This document shows positions 46,914 through 56,564 of a stretch of DNA of 59,955 nt, one piece after another (position 1 is the stretch's first letter; each line of letters begins with the position of its first letter). The stretch covers positions 1-59,955 of the forward strand of contig JBDKKW010000004.1 of the NCBI GenBank assembly GCA_039795895.1. Reading direction: 5' to 3'. Under the pieces are notes generated by a model that saw nothing but the letters and a program-made list of their open reading frames with translations, did no database searches and was not told the origin of the DNA. The position numbers and the translations under genes were made by a program. The DNA comes from Candidatus Parcubacteria bacterium. GTDB taxonomy: Bacteria > Patescibacteriota > Minisyncoccia > Phycocordibacterales > JBAYGS01.

Positions 46914-47621
46914 TCAGAACTTGGTGGACTCAGCGAGCACCGAACTCAGACCTTTTACGAGCTGATCGGGATTCTGCGCTTCGGCGTAATACACCTTGCC
47001 GGGTTGATTGAGACTATGTCCTCCACTAATACCGAATCCGATAGTGTGGAGAATAATCGGCGAGGCAACAATCCGGTTGATGATTCCATCATCTCGGTCA
47101 CTCGCCTCACCATCAGTCACTACCACCAAGTGATATTCGCCATAGCCCAACTGTTTCTGCATCTGAGCAGACAGCTGAGCGACACCGGTTCCAATAGCTT
47201 GATACAGAGGAGTGCCACCATTAGCAACAATCTCCTGCACTGCGCCATTGAAAGCCTGGCGATTTTGTGGACCAGAGCCGAGCGGAACTCGCTCGGAAAC
47301 ACCGTGGCCATCAAAGACGAAGAGTCCAAGGTTATCTTCGGGCATGAGTAATTTCGCAAAGTTTCCGACCGCCTGCTTAGCGACCAGAATCTTCGTTGAA
47401 TTACCCGCAGCCCGACGCTCCTCCATACTCCCCGACCCGTCGAACACCACGTAGAAGTTGCGACGCAACAAGTTACTATCGAGCTTCGTGCGTGGCGCAG
47501 ACTGAATGGGTGGCGAAGCACCTGCGACAGGTGTGACCGGCGCTCCCGGAGGAGGACCGTCACACCCACCAAACAAAATGCCGAGCACAGACACCAGAAG
47601 CAAAGTAGTAATGTATTTCAT
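46914..47621 (-). CDS. vWA-domain lipoprotein
   Basis: Lipobox-like LFGGC, Pro-rich linker, MIDAS DGSGS...GGTPL...TDG, TIGFG. Confidence 0.88.
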   Translation of the reverse strand: MKYITTLLLVSVLGILFGGCDGPPPGAPVTPVAGASPPIQSAPRTKLDSNLLRRNFYVVFDGSGSMEERRAAGNSTKILVAKQAVGNFAKLLMPEDNLGLFVFDGHGVSERVPLGSGPQNRQAFNGAVQEIVANGGTPLYQAIGTGVAQLSAQMQKQLGYGEYHLVVVTDGEASDRDDGIINRIVASPIILHTIGFGISGGHSLNQPGKVYYAEAQNPDQLVKGLSSVLAESTKF

Positions 47622-47655
47622 ATCGATTTACTTTTGAAGTTTCGACACGACCACA

Positions 47656-49368
47656 CTACTTCACCGGAGCAAAGACACCTGTCTCCGCTTCCACTGGGAC
47701 GATTTTAAACTGCACGCGCATATTTTTACGCCACTCAGCTTCAGTGAGTGACGGAAGTGGCTCGCCTTTGTAGACGCCCACAGTCTCAACACCTTTCACC
47801 GGCTTGAAGCATCCGTGACCCACGGTCGTTATCTGACTTTCGTCGAGAGTCACGCCCTTGGATTTGGCAAACGCGATCAGCTCGGCACGGACCTGGTTGG
47901 CCCGCGAGAGCGACGTATTCATATTCACCTGGCGGATCTGCTTGAGCTCCACCTGAGGAACATTGCCACGAAGCGCCTGAAGATATTTGTTCGGATCAGT
48001 GTGCCCTTCAACCGTGAGGATCGCCCCACTATACGTCGAAGCGAGACTGATGACCTTTTGAAAATCATCAACGTACCCACTGACATCAAACTGCGCCATG
48101 TTGGGCTCAAACTGAACCGTGAAGGTGAACACCGCACTGAGTGTATCACCCTTCTTGGCCACCAGAGCTGCCACCATCGCCGGGTCAAAACCCGCAGTCT
48201 CCGCTTCCACCGTAGTATTGCGGAGACCAGCCTTGATACCTTCATAATCAAACTCCGCGCTCTTGAGCGGAATCCTGCTGTTCAGGAGACCGAGCTTCAC
48301 GAGTGAGGCTTGATTTTCGCCAGACACCACATCGAAACGACGCGGATACGCCGGAGTGCGGAAGAACCGCATATTTCCCGCGAAGCCAGCGAAACTGCAA
48401 TCTCCATAGAGGCCCTTGGCATCATCGATCGCATCCTTGCTATCGAGAAACACCAGAGCCGCCGAAGACATCAGTTTGTCGAAGCTCACCTTTTGAGCCG
48501 GCGTGCGAGAGAGGAGTTCGAGTTGTTCCTGCGCATTCAAAAGTGCGTGAACAAAAGACTCGACTTCAGCTTTGTGGCCTTCGAGGTAATCAGCACGAAC
48601 GGCATACACATCAGCGATGACGTGATCTGCACTTTTCGTGCTCATCAGCACCCGAGCACCATTAACAGTCTTCTCTTTGCCGTTGCCCACCTTCCCCACT
48701 CCGCCAGTCAATTCACTAGCATCGGGAGAGATGACAAACGCAGCATCGATCGAAGGGTCAGAGCGGAACGCAGCAGCTGGACTGTTGTCCGTGCCGGTAA
48801 TGTCTTTGACCCACTTGATCTTTACTTGATCGAGCGCGACACCCGCATCCGCGAGCGTCTGCACCAGGAAGTCCACGTGGGGGCCATAGGCCTGCACCAC
48901 AATAGTCTTACCTTTCAGGTCGGCAGCATCTTTGACCGATGAACGCACCACCAAGACGTCTCCGCCTTGTGACCACGTCATCTGGTAGATAACCACCGGT
49001 CGCACTCGCGGATCTTTGAGAGCCGAAAGCGCCTGATTGATCATACCGACAGTGCCCCGCAAATAGGCGGATTGGCCACTGACGTAGTTTTCAACCTGCT
49101 TCGGAAAGACGTCTTCGCGAACGAGCTTGAAATCAAGCTTCTGAAGCGCGAAGATACTTCCAGGCTGAGTCGTCACCGACCCGCCATTGGCGAGGAGGGT
49201 TGCGATATCGCCACCCCAAGTGATGACCGGCAGTTGCATCTGACCTGGCTTGACCGGACCGACGGACCCCGCGACCAGCTGGTCGAGAGGTTTGTTTTCG
49301 ATGTATTGAGCGGCACTCGCAAAGAGCGCACTCATGAGGAGCACCGACAGCATCAGCAGTTTTTTCAT
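47656..49368 (-). CDS. Secreted substrate-binding protein fused to an OmpA-like domain
   Basis: Signal peptide, ITWGGD, TWSQGGD, IADVYAVR; C-terminal VEGHTDP...SLSRA...NMRV. Confidence 0.85.
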   Translation of the reverse strand: MKKLLMLSVLLMSALFASAAQYIENKPLDQLVAGSVGPVKPGQMQLPVITWGGDIATLLANGGSVTTQPGSIFALQKLDFKLVREDVFPKQVENYVSGQSAYLRGTVGMINQALSALKDPRVRPVVIYQMTWSQGGDVLVVRSSVKDAADLKGKTIVVQAYGPHVDFLVQTLADAGVALDQVKIKWVKDITGTDNSPAAAFRSDPSIDAAFVISPDASELTGGVGKVGNGKEKTVNGARVLMSTKSADHVIADVYAVRADYLEGHKAEVESFVHALLNAQEQLELLSRTPAQKVSFDKLMSSAALVFLDSKDAIDDAKGLYGDCSFAGFAGNMRFFRTPAYPRRFDVVSGENQASLVKLGLLNSRIPLKSAEFDYEGIKAGLRNTTVEAETAGFDPAMVAALVAKKGDTLSAVFTFTVQFEPNMAQFDVSGYVDDFQKVISLASTYSGAILTVEGHTDPNKYLQALRGNVPQVELKQIRQVNMNTSLSRANQVRAELIAFAKSKGVTLDESQITTVGHGCFKPVKGVETVGVYKGEPLPSLTEAEWRKNMRVQFKIVPVEAETGVFAPVK

Positions 49369-49566
49369 AGGACTTCTTTCTTTTTGTAGTTGTGTCCACC
49401 AACAATGAGTGGAGAACAAAATGCATCTATTGCATTATGTTGTCAATGAACACTTCAGGCCTCAAGCTAGCAAGAATTATACGTTTTGTCAATAGTTACA
49501 CTACCCTACTCCATGTGAGTGTATTCAAGGTGGTTTGTTGGGGTAAGTGTGCTAGTATTTTGGTAC

Positions 49567-49642
49567 GCGCCTGTAGCTCAGTTGGTAGAGCAGGTCTCTT
49601 ATACAGACAAGGTCGGGGGTTCGATCCCCTCCAGGCGCACCA
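49567..49642 (+). tRNA. tRNA-Ile(TAT)
   Basis: GCGCCTG/CAGGCGC acceptor, A73, encoded CCA, anticodon loop CT-TAT-AC, GGGGG-TTCGATC-CCCTC. Confidence 0.92.
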
Positions 49643-49643
49643 A

Positions 49644-50315
49644 TCATTTGTTTTTCGAACCACACATTTCCGAAAGACTCTTTACCCCCATCAATACATA
49701 CTCTGCAATATCCCTATTCTCAATAATCACACTGCACGTACCATGCCCAAAACCCGTCTTGTACGTAATATCACTTAATCTGGACTCTTTTACATAGGGC
49801 TTCCTGAATTGTCTTCTTGGTATTGATAATTCTTTTGCCCAAAAAGAAATTTGTTTTTGAATATCCATATCTGAATAAAGTTGCAAACTTACTTTTACTT
49901 TTCTTTTATCTACACCAAGTGTCTCGATCCATCTCATAAAATATTTCATCATTTGTGGATTTGTATTCGTAAGTGCCATCGTTGCTTTAGTGCTTTTCCA
50001 ACCCTCTCCCCAATACAAGAAAAAACCCGTCAAAAATATCTCCCTCCGGCTTAATACTCCGATATCTTTAATTACTCGCCGAAAGACACTATCCAACCGG
50101 TCCTGCCTTTTACGCATCTTAGTATTACGACAACGCTCTATCCGCATAGGATTTAATGCTCCAAGCTCTTTAATTCTCTCTTCAGAAAGTGGCATATTTC
50201 TAAGCCAGCCACTCAGGGTACTCTTGCTGACACCTAACTCTTCTTTTATTTGAGAATAACTCATCCCCTTATTTCTCAAAGAAATCGCTTTTGATTTATC
50301 TTCAAATCGGGCCAT
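49644..50315 (-). CDS. HTH plus LAGLIDADG-like domain protein (LYWGEG family), abutting the tRNA
   Basis: N-terminal HTH (LRNKGMSYSQIKEELGVSKSTLSGW), then LYWGEG..K, TNTNP, FW; AT-rich. Confidence 0.7.
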   Translation of the reverse strand: MARFEDKSKAISLRNKGMSYSQIKEELGVSKSTLSGWLRNMPLSEERIKELGALNPMRIERCRNTKMRKRQDRLDSVFRRVIKDIGVLSRREIFLTGFFLYWGEGWKSTKATMALTNTNPQMMKYFMRWIETLGVDKRKVKVSLQLYSDMDIQKQISFWAKELSIPRRQFRKPYVKESRLSDITYKTGFGHGTCSVIIENRDIAEYVLMGVKSLSEMCGSKNK

Positions 50316-50421
50316 AAATACGTACCATAGAATAGTAAGTGGTACATTAATTATACATAGATACGGATATTGCGACCAATAAAATTATCCCCAACTAAAT
50401 AATACGTGCTAGACTACAGAC

Positions 50422-50679
50422 ATGAATACTTCTAAAAAGATCTGGTTTCGAGCAAAAAGATACGGATGGGGTTGGACACCAACAAGCTGGGAGGGGTGGG
50501 TAATTATGCTTGTATATATCATATATCTCGTGCACACATTTCGAGTGATTGACTCGATGCAACATTCCGGAAGCGATACGTTAATCAACTTCGCTCCACG
50601 ATTTATCTTTGCCACACTTATTTTGTTAGCAATTTGTTACACTAAAGGTGAGAAGCCAGGATGGCATTGGGGAAAATAG
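50422..50679 (+). CDS. Small 2-TM membrane protein
   Basis: WFRAKRYGWGWTPTSWEGW and KGEKPGWHWG motifs. Confidence 0.8.
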   Translation: MNTSKKIWFRAKRYGWGWTPTSWEGWVIMLVYIIYLVHTFRVIDSMQHSGSDTLINFAPRFIFATLILLAICYTKGEKPGWHWGK

Positions 50680-50778
50680 ACATGAGTAGTTAGTAGTGAG
50701 ACATAAGATGGGAAACCCCTGGAAATTGCTCCGCAATTTCCAGGGTCATTCCCCATTCATGAATCATAAATCTGGCTT

Positions 50779-52725
50779 CTACCCCTGATGCTCAATATCC
50801 AACTTCTTCTTCGGAATAATACCAAACGCCATAATTATTTTCTCATATTCCTCTCGCTCAATCGTCTCCACTTCAATCAGTTTGCTTGCGATCGCATCGA
50901 GGGCAGTGCGCTTCTCGGTCAAAATCTTTTCAGCCTTAGCCTTCGCCTCGCCCATAATCCGCGCCACCTCAGCATCAATATCAGCGCCAATTTTCTCGGA
51001 ATACTCTCGATCTTCAATCCCCCGACCGCCAAACAAAGGTCTCCCTCCAGAACTCTCAAGCGCAAGTACGCCAATTTTTTCCGACATGCCGTATCGAGTA
51101 ATCATCTCTCGTGCCAAAGCAGTCGAAACCTGCAAATCATTTGAAGGACCTGTGGTCACGTCACCTAACACCATCATCTCAGCCACATAACCTCCGAGCG
51201 ACACCGCAATATCATCCAAAAATTCTTTCTTCGACTGGAGCTTTCGATCTTCAAGTGGCAAGTGGAGCGTATACCCCGCCGCACGACCACGTGAAATGAT
51301 TGAGATCTTGTGTACTGGATCAGCATACGGCAATACCGAAGACACGAGAGCGTGTCCTGCCTCGTGATAGGCCGTAATTTCTTTTTCTTTTTTAGAAAGC
51401 AAATGACTCTTGCGCTCAGGACCGAGCATCACCTTTTCAATTGCTCGAATCAAATCAAACTGAGCCACTTTATTGCGATTCTCTCGTGCCGCCAAAATCG
51501 CCCCTTCATTCATGAGTGAATACAAATCCGCACCAGAAAAGCCCGGTGTTCGCTCAGCAATCACCTTTAAATTAATATCCTCAGCAAACGGCTTCTTACG
51601 AGAGTGGATAGTCAAAATCGCTTCTCGGTCAGATCGGTCAGGAAGGTCGATAGTCACTCGTCGATCAAAACGTCCCGGGCGAAGCAATGCAGGATCCAAG
51701 ACATCCGGTCGGTTGGTTGCTGCCATCACGATCACTTTCTCATTTGGCTCAAAGCCATCCATCTCTACGAGAATCTGGTTGAGTGTCTGTTCGCGTTCAT
51801 CATTACCCCCACCAACTCCTGTCCCTCGCACTCGTCCTACCGCATCAATTTCATCGACGAAAATAATCGCAGGTGAAGCTTTCTTTGCCATTTGGAATAG
51901 GTCGCGCACACGAGAGGCACCGACACCGACAAACATTTCCACAAATTCAGAACCCGAGATTGAGAAGAAAGCGACACCCGCTTCCCCCGCTACTGCTCGA
52001 GCGAGCAAGGTCTTGCCTGTACCCGGAGCACCCATGAGCAAAATACCTTTTGGAATCACCGCCCCAATCTCCAAAAATTTCTTTGGATTTTTCAAAAAAT
52101 CTACAATTTCAGAAAGCTCTTGTTTCGCCTCCTTCGCTCCTGCCACATCTTTAAAAGTGACACGCTGTTTGGTATCGGTCGGAAACGTAATACGCGCTTT
52201 TGATTGACCGAAGGTAAAGGCTTGCATACCCGAACCCTTCATTTGTCGCGATAGTGTCCAGATGAAGAAGCCGATGAGCAAAATTGGCAAGATAAACGGC
52301 AAGAGATTGAGCAACCAATATCCAATACCACTCTCACTCTTCACCTCAATCTTTACTGCGGACAATTTATCTGTCGGCACTTTGTAATTTGAAAACGTTT
52401 CAGTGAGTGATCCCTCCACCTCTTTCTTTGACTGCTTCTCTTCGCCAGTCTTGTAGATAATCGAAAGATCATCACCTGTAACAGTAATCGAGGTGACAGT
52501 GCCCTTTGCAATATCTGACGCTACCTCTGAAATAGAAATCTCAGGAATCTTTTTTTGATAATCCGAGACCGCAGAGTAGACCGAGACGATAATAAACAAA
52601 ATGAGTAGGGCCGTACTAATCTGATTCCAGATGCCTTTTGGCTGGGGCAATTTTGGACCACCGCCTTTGCCAAAGCGATTTTTACCCTTATTCTTCGGCT
52701 CGTTTTGAGTAGGTTGTGTATTCAT
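50779..52725 (-). CDS. ftsH: ATP-dependent zinc metalloprotease FtsH
   Basis: Two TMs, [27 protein letters not shown]. Confidence 0.98.
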   Translation of the reverse strand: MNTQPTQNEPKNKGKNRFGKGGGPKLPQPKGIWNQISTALLILFIIVSVYSAVSDYQKKIPEISISEVASDIAKGTVTSITVTGDDLSIIYKTGEEKQSKKEVEGSLTETFSNYKVPTDKLSAVKIEVKSESGIGYWLLNLLPFILPILLIGFFIWTLSRQMKGSGMQAFTFGQSKARITFPTDTKQRVTFKDVAGAKEAKQELSEIVDFLKNPKKFLEIGAVIPKGILLMGAPGTGKTLLARAVAGEAGVAFFSISGSEFVEMFVGVGASRVRDLFQMAKKASPAIIFVDEIDAVGRVRGTGVGGGNDEREQTLNQILVEMDGFEPNEKVIVMAATNRPDVLDPALLRPGRFDRRVTIDLPDRSDREAILTIHSRKKPFAEDINLKVIAERTPGFSGADLYSLMNEGAILAARENRNKVAQFDLIRAIEKVMLGPERKSHLLSKKEKEITAYHEAGHALVSSVLPYADPVHKISIISRGRAAGYTLHLPLEDRKLQSKKEFLDDIAVSLGGYVAEMMVLGDVTTGPSNDLQVSTALAREMITRYGMSEKIGVLALESSGGRPLFGGRGIEDREYSEKIGADIDAEVARIMGEAKAKAEKILTEKRTALDAIASKLIEVETIEREEYEKIIMAFGIIPKKKLDIEHQG

Positions 52726-52800
52726 AATTTAGTGTCGTAGTATATCACGATTTTCAGGAAAAAGAAAACCGCTCGGTGAGACACCGAACGGTTTGAGAAA

Positions 52801-53328
52801 TTACGCACACTTTGACGTAATCGGCTTATCGACACGCCACGGGAGACGGAAACCAAAATGACGTTCCTCAAGAGTCGCTCCACCGAGAACTTTCGGATCA
52901 AACTGAAGGTTGAGCGTCGTGCACGGGGTCAGATTTGCCTGCCTGAACAATGAGGCATCGTGTACAAAGGCCTCAGGCTCCCTATGGACCTTGTGACGCA
53001 GACTCGAGAGAGTGAAGCGTTTGTCATACGACTCCACCATCGCGAAGTGTCCACAATGCAAGCACTCAGAGAACTTATACACCGTAAAAGGCGCACGGCC
53101 ATCTTCGATCATAATCTGAGTGACTAGAGGCGGTCCCACAATCAACGAATGAAGGACGCCGGCAACCGAAGGTGTACCAACGATTGGGTACATCTTGAAT
53201 GTCCTCTTGACATTTGTTCTTCCGCAACATCGACATCCCCGAACTTTTGCTTTGAGATGCCGATCACGGAGATAGAGTCCACCTGCGACGATTGGGATTG
53301 CAATCCCCACCACCAGTTGTGTATTCAT
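52801..53328 (-). CDS. Hypothetical membrane-anchored protein with two CxxC motifs
   Basis: N-terminal TM, CRCC and CLHC; hairpin terminator ~52766-52794; TTGACA promoter near 53396-53401. Confidence 0.65.
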   Translation of the reverse strand: MNTQLVVGIAIPIVAGGLYLRDRHLKAKVRGCRCCGRTNVKRTFKMYPIVGTPSVAGVLHSLIVGPPLVTQIMIEDGRAPFTVYKFSECLHCGHFAMVESYDKRFTLSSLRHKVHREPEAFVHDASLFRQANLTPCTTLNLQFDPKVLGGATLEERHFGFRLPWRVDKPITSKCA

Positions 53329-53429
53329 TTTGTTTTCCCTTTCTATTTATTTAAAAAACTATGTTCTGAAATAAGGATACCATATCTACACCATTTGTCA
53401 AAGCACCGTCTGACTGTTACTATTTACGA

Positions 53430-53876
53430 GTGACCAATTTAGTAACCCATAAAAAAGCGCGATTTAATTATGAAATCCTCGAAAGCTTCGAGGCTGGTAT
53501 TGAACTGCTCGGTTTTGAAGTCAAAGCACTTCGTGAACACAAAGGGTCACTCGATGGTGCCTATGTCACCCTCCGTGGAGGCGAGGCGTTTTTAATCAAC
53601 TTTGACCTCCCTGCCTATCAAGAAAAAAATACACCCGAAGGCTACGATTCAAAGCGTAATCGAAAGCTCCTACTCACCAAAACAGAGATTGCGAAGCTCT
53701 CTGCCCAGGAGTCAAAGAAAGGCTTGACAATTGTGCCTATTTCGGTATATAATAAAGGAAGAAAAGTCAAGGTATCCATCGCCATCGTCCGCGGGAAAAA
53801 AGAGTTTGATAAACGTGAGACGATCAAGAAGCGGGATACAGACCGGGACATCCGGCGCACCTTGAAAAACGAATAG
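53430..53876 (+). CDS. smpB: SsrA-binding protein
   Basis: KKARFNY, EAGIELLGFEVK, RNRKLLL, GKKEFDKRETIK. Confidence 0.96.
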   Translation: MTNLVTHKKARFNYEILESFEAGIELLGFEVKALREHKGSLDGAYVTLRGGEAFLINFDLPAYQEKNTPEGYDSKRNRKLLLTKTEIAKLSAQESKKGLTIVPISVYNKGRKVKVSIAIVRGKKEFDKRETIKKRDTDRDIRRTLKNE

Positions 53877-53878
53877 AT

Positions 53879-53996
53879 AACTATCACAGACGACGCACTT
53901 CTTTGTTGCTTCGTTCCGAGACTCCCTCGTCATACTAAGTGTATGACTCAGTCGTTTCTCACTCGCGCCTCGAATTGCATTCGCCTGTGAAAGTTC
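53879..53996. mobile_element. MITE/REP-like palindromic element between smpB and tmRNA
   Basis: Ends AACTATCACAG / CTGTGAAAGTT; on the minus strand GAGGCGCGAGTGAG...hairpin...CGAAGCAACAAA, as in 23743-23870. Confidence 0.55.
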
Positions 53997-54054
53997 TCAA
54001 AGAATCATCCCTGTTAGGATTCCCCTAAAGTGCAAAAATTATTTCGCCCTTTAG

Positions 54055-54456
54055 GGGGATGATCGGCCTAGACAGGAGACTTATGTAGTATTGCGCATTG
54101 TGGAGCTCCATTAACTCCTAAATCTGATGGAAATTGTAACTGCAAAAACAGTTGCTCGAGCAAAGTCTATTGTGTCACCATTTTTTGGTGCCAAGGACCT
54201 TGCTTTCGCTTACGCATTAGCCTAAGCGACATTGACCAAGCTCTCTCCACGGGGTTTGGACCCAGTGTTATATAGTGGATTAGAATATATCTATTTTCCC
54301 GAGATACATTCGAAACTAAGGGAATCGGCGATGGTGAGTTTTGCTCATTCAATATCACACTCGCTTAAATCTGCTCACGCAGAAAAAATCAGCTATACAA
54401 TGTAGATCCAATATTAACTATTCTCTTGCACCCGAGTTCGATTCTCGGCATCTCCA
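54055..54456 (+). ncRNA. ssrA: tmRNA
   Basis: GGGGATG/CATCTCC-A acceptor with G3-U70, T arm CCGAG-TTCGATT-CTCGG, tag frame 54142-54225 ending ALA-stop, next to smpB; terminator ~54465-54489. Confidence 0.95.
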
Positions 54457-54567
54457 CTGCGTACAAAACCACCCGAAAGGGTGGTTTTGTTTAACCTTGA
54501 CATATTTATTATTAATGCTAACATGATAAGCGGAATCGTCCCTCAACAACATCAAAAAAGACTACGC

Positions 54568-54825
54568 ATGAACTACATCCCTGTAATTGGCTGGTTTACC
54601 GACTTCGCACTGAAATCTTCTCTTGCGGTGCCATTCTGGATAATCTGGTCATGGTTTGGCATCGGACAAAAGTATTTCACTTTCCTCCCTGAGCGATTTC
54701 AATCGATCCCTTTTTTGGACACCGTTGGTTTGTTTATGGTCATCCCAATCGCGCTCCACATCATCACCCCGAAGTTTGCACACGTCTCGAACGATAAAGA
54801 AAATAGTCAAACCGTAGGGTCATAA
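54568..54825 (+). CDS. Small membrane protein
   Basis: TTGACA/TAACAT promoter at 54497; MNYIPVIGWF... with two hydrophobic segments. Confidence 0.7.
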   Translation: MNYIPVIGWFTDFALKSSLAVPFWIIWSWFGIGQKYFTFLPERFQSIPFLDTVGLFMVIPIALHIITPKFAHVSNDKENSQTVGS

Positions 54826-55008
54826 TGGGTATTCTCAAAGAACACATCACCCATCACCAGTTGAGCCGCAGAGGTAAATCTCTGTGGCTTTTTTATTTAA
54901 ACTCAGCACTTTAAACGGCAATTGACAATAAATATATATTATATTAACGTACAAACAGAGTGCTCGCCTGAGCATCGTTCTTGTAAAACACGTGGACACC
55001 AAAGACAT

Positions 55009-55377
55009 ATGAAAACACGCCCTCTTACTGGGAGTATCGGACGATTAATCGCACAACGATCAAATCTTGTCAGGGAACTCAGCGACAAACTTGAAAGACT
55101 GAAGCAGGAAGAAGGTTTGCTGGCAGAGAATTTACTGGCTATTGCCCCAGAGTCTATTCAGCAATGGCTCACCGATGATTGCATCATAACCAATCTCTTT
55201 GAATACGGTCAGGCCCAAAGGAAGATCGTCTTCAATGAAAAACCTTTCGGTGACCACAACCAAGTCAAAGATTTGATCAAAACGCTCAATAAAGCCTGGA
55301 AAGGTCTGGTTGTGGTCAAACTGAACAAGAAGCCTGAGACTCACCGAGTTGGGGTCACCTTTACAGTTCTGCACTAA
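55009..55377 (+). CDS. Hypothetical protein (122 aa)
   Basis: TTGACA at 54922, N-terminal coiled coil, bidirectional hairpin ~55404-55430. Confidence 0.6.
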   Translation: MKTRPLTGSIGRLIAQRSNLVRELSDKLERLKQEEGLLAENLLAIAPESIQQWLTDDCIITNLFEYGQAQRKIVFNEKPFGDHNQVKDLIKTLNKAWKGLVVVKLNKKPETHRVGVTFTVLH

Positions 55378-55429
55378 GTGAACCATCCGCGTCTTTAAAA
55401 AATAAAGCCATCCGTCTAGGGATGGCTTT

Positions 55430-55954
55430 TTATTTCAACACGAATTTCTCCACCCTCCCCTCCTCCAAAATAATCAAAAGCCATGCAGTGTACTTTTCAG
55501 GATGGGCGCGAGCGTCTTTTTTTAAATCCACAAAAGAAATCCATTTGTATTCGTGTGCTTCTTCTGGATTAATTTTTAGGTCTTTCGCCTCACTTCTACC
55601 AACAAATACATGATCGTATTCGTGCTCAATCAGGCCGTTTGCCAAACCCTCAGCTCGATACTCAAAAGCATAGAGCTCTTTGAGCTCACAATCAAAACCC
55701 ATTTCTTCTTGAAGTCTCCGGTGCACCGCTTCTTCTATTTTCTCTCCCACTCGTGGATGACTACAGCAAGTGTTAGTCCACAATCCGCCCGAGTGGTATT
55801 TGTGTAGTGCTCGTCTCTGGAGCAAGGTCTCGCCTTTGCTGTTTACTACAAAAATCGAGAAGGCTTCGTGAAGCTTGCCTACTTTATGCGCTTCGAGCTT
55901 CTCAATCCTTCCGATGCGCTTCCCGGTCGAATCTACGAGATTAATATCATCCAT
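55430..55954 (-). CDS. idi: Isopentenyl-diphosphate delta-isomerase type 1
   Basis: K..AH..G.LH.AFS, LLQRRA..KY, WTNTCCSHP, RRLQEE, EHEYDHVF. Confidence 0.95.
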   Translation of the reverse strand: MDDINLVDSTGKRIGRIEKLEAHKVGKLHEAFSIFVVNSKGETLLQRRALHKYHSGGLWTNTCCSHPRVGEKIEEAVHRRLQEEMGFDCELKELYAFEYRAEGLANGLIEHEYDHVFVGRSEAKDLKINPEEAHEYKWISFVDLKKDARAHPEKYTAWLLIILEEGRVEKFVLK

Positions 55955-56036
55955 AAGAAACTATCATAGCATACCCGAAAGTTGTCTGTACCACATATTC
56001 GTGCTAGAATAAACGCCTAATCATAAACACTACCCT

Positions 56037-56555
56037 GTGAGTACCCCTAAAGCCCGCATCAATCATCAAATCCGCGCAACTGAACTCCGAGTGATCGGAG
56101 CAGATGGTGCCAACCTCGGCGTCCTCCCACTTGCTGAGGCAATCAAACAAGCACAAGCGCTCGAGCTCGACCTGATCGAAATCTCTCCAAACGCCGTCCC
56201 ACCAGTCGCCAAAATCATGGACTTCGGCAAGTATCAGTACCTCGAAAGCAAAAAGGAAAAGCAGGCAAAGGCGAAAGCGCATGTCATTGAGCTCAAAACC
56301 TTGCAAGTAAAGATTGGTACCGGTGATCATGACCTTGCCCTCAAAGCAAAGCGTGCTTCTGAATGGCTTCGCGAAGGTCATCGTATCAAGATGGACCTCT
56401 TCCTTATTGGCCGTTCGAAGTATATGAACATCGACTTTTTGAAAGAGCGAATGGAGCGTATTTTGAAATTCATCACTGAAGATTTCGTAGTAGTAGAACC
56501 CCCAACCAAGAGTCTCAAGGGACTGACTGCGATTATTGAGAAGAAGAAGGGATAA
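56037..56555 (+). CDS. infC: Translation initiation factor IF-3
   Basis: RINHQIRA, LDLIEISPNAVPPVAKIMDFGKY; GTG start. Confidence 0.95.
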   Translation: MSTPKARINHQIRATELRVIGADGANLGVLPLAEAIKQAQALELDLIEISPNAVPPVAKIMDFGKYQYLESKKEKQAKAKAHVIELKTLQVKIGTGDHDLALKAKRASEWLREGHRIKMDLFLIGRSKYMNIDFLKERMERILKFITEDFVVVEPPTKSLKGLTAIIEKKKG

Positions 56556-56564
56556 AATAGAGGT

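Noticed and set aside
56004-56381. 125-aa minus ORF and other long antisense ORFs over secA, pilT and ftsH
   Set aside because: They are antisense shadows of conserved genes.
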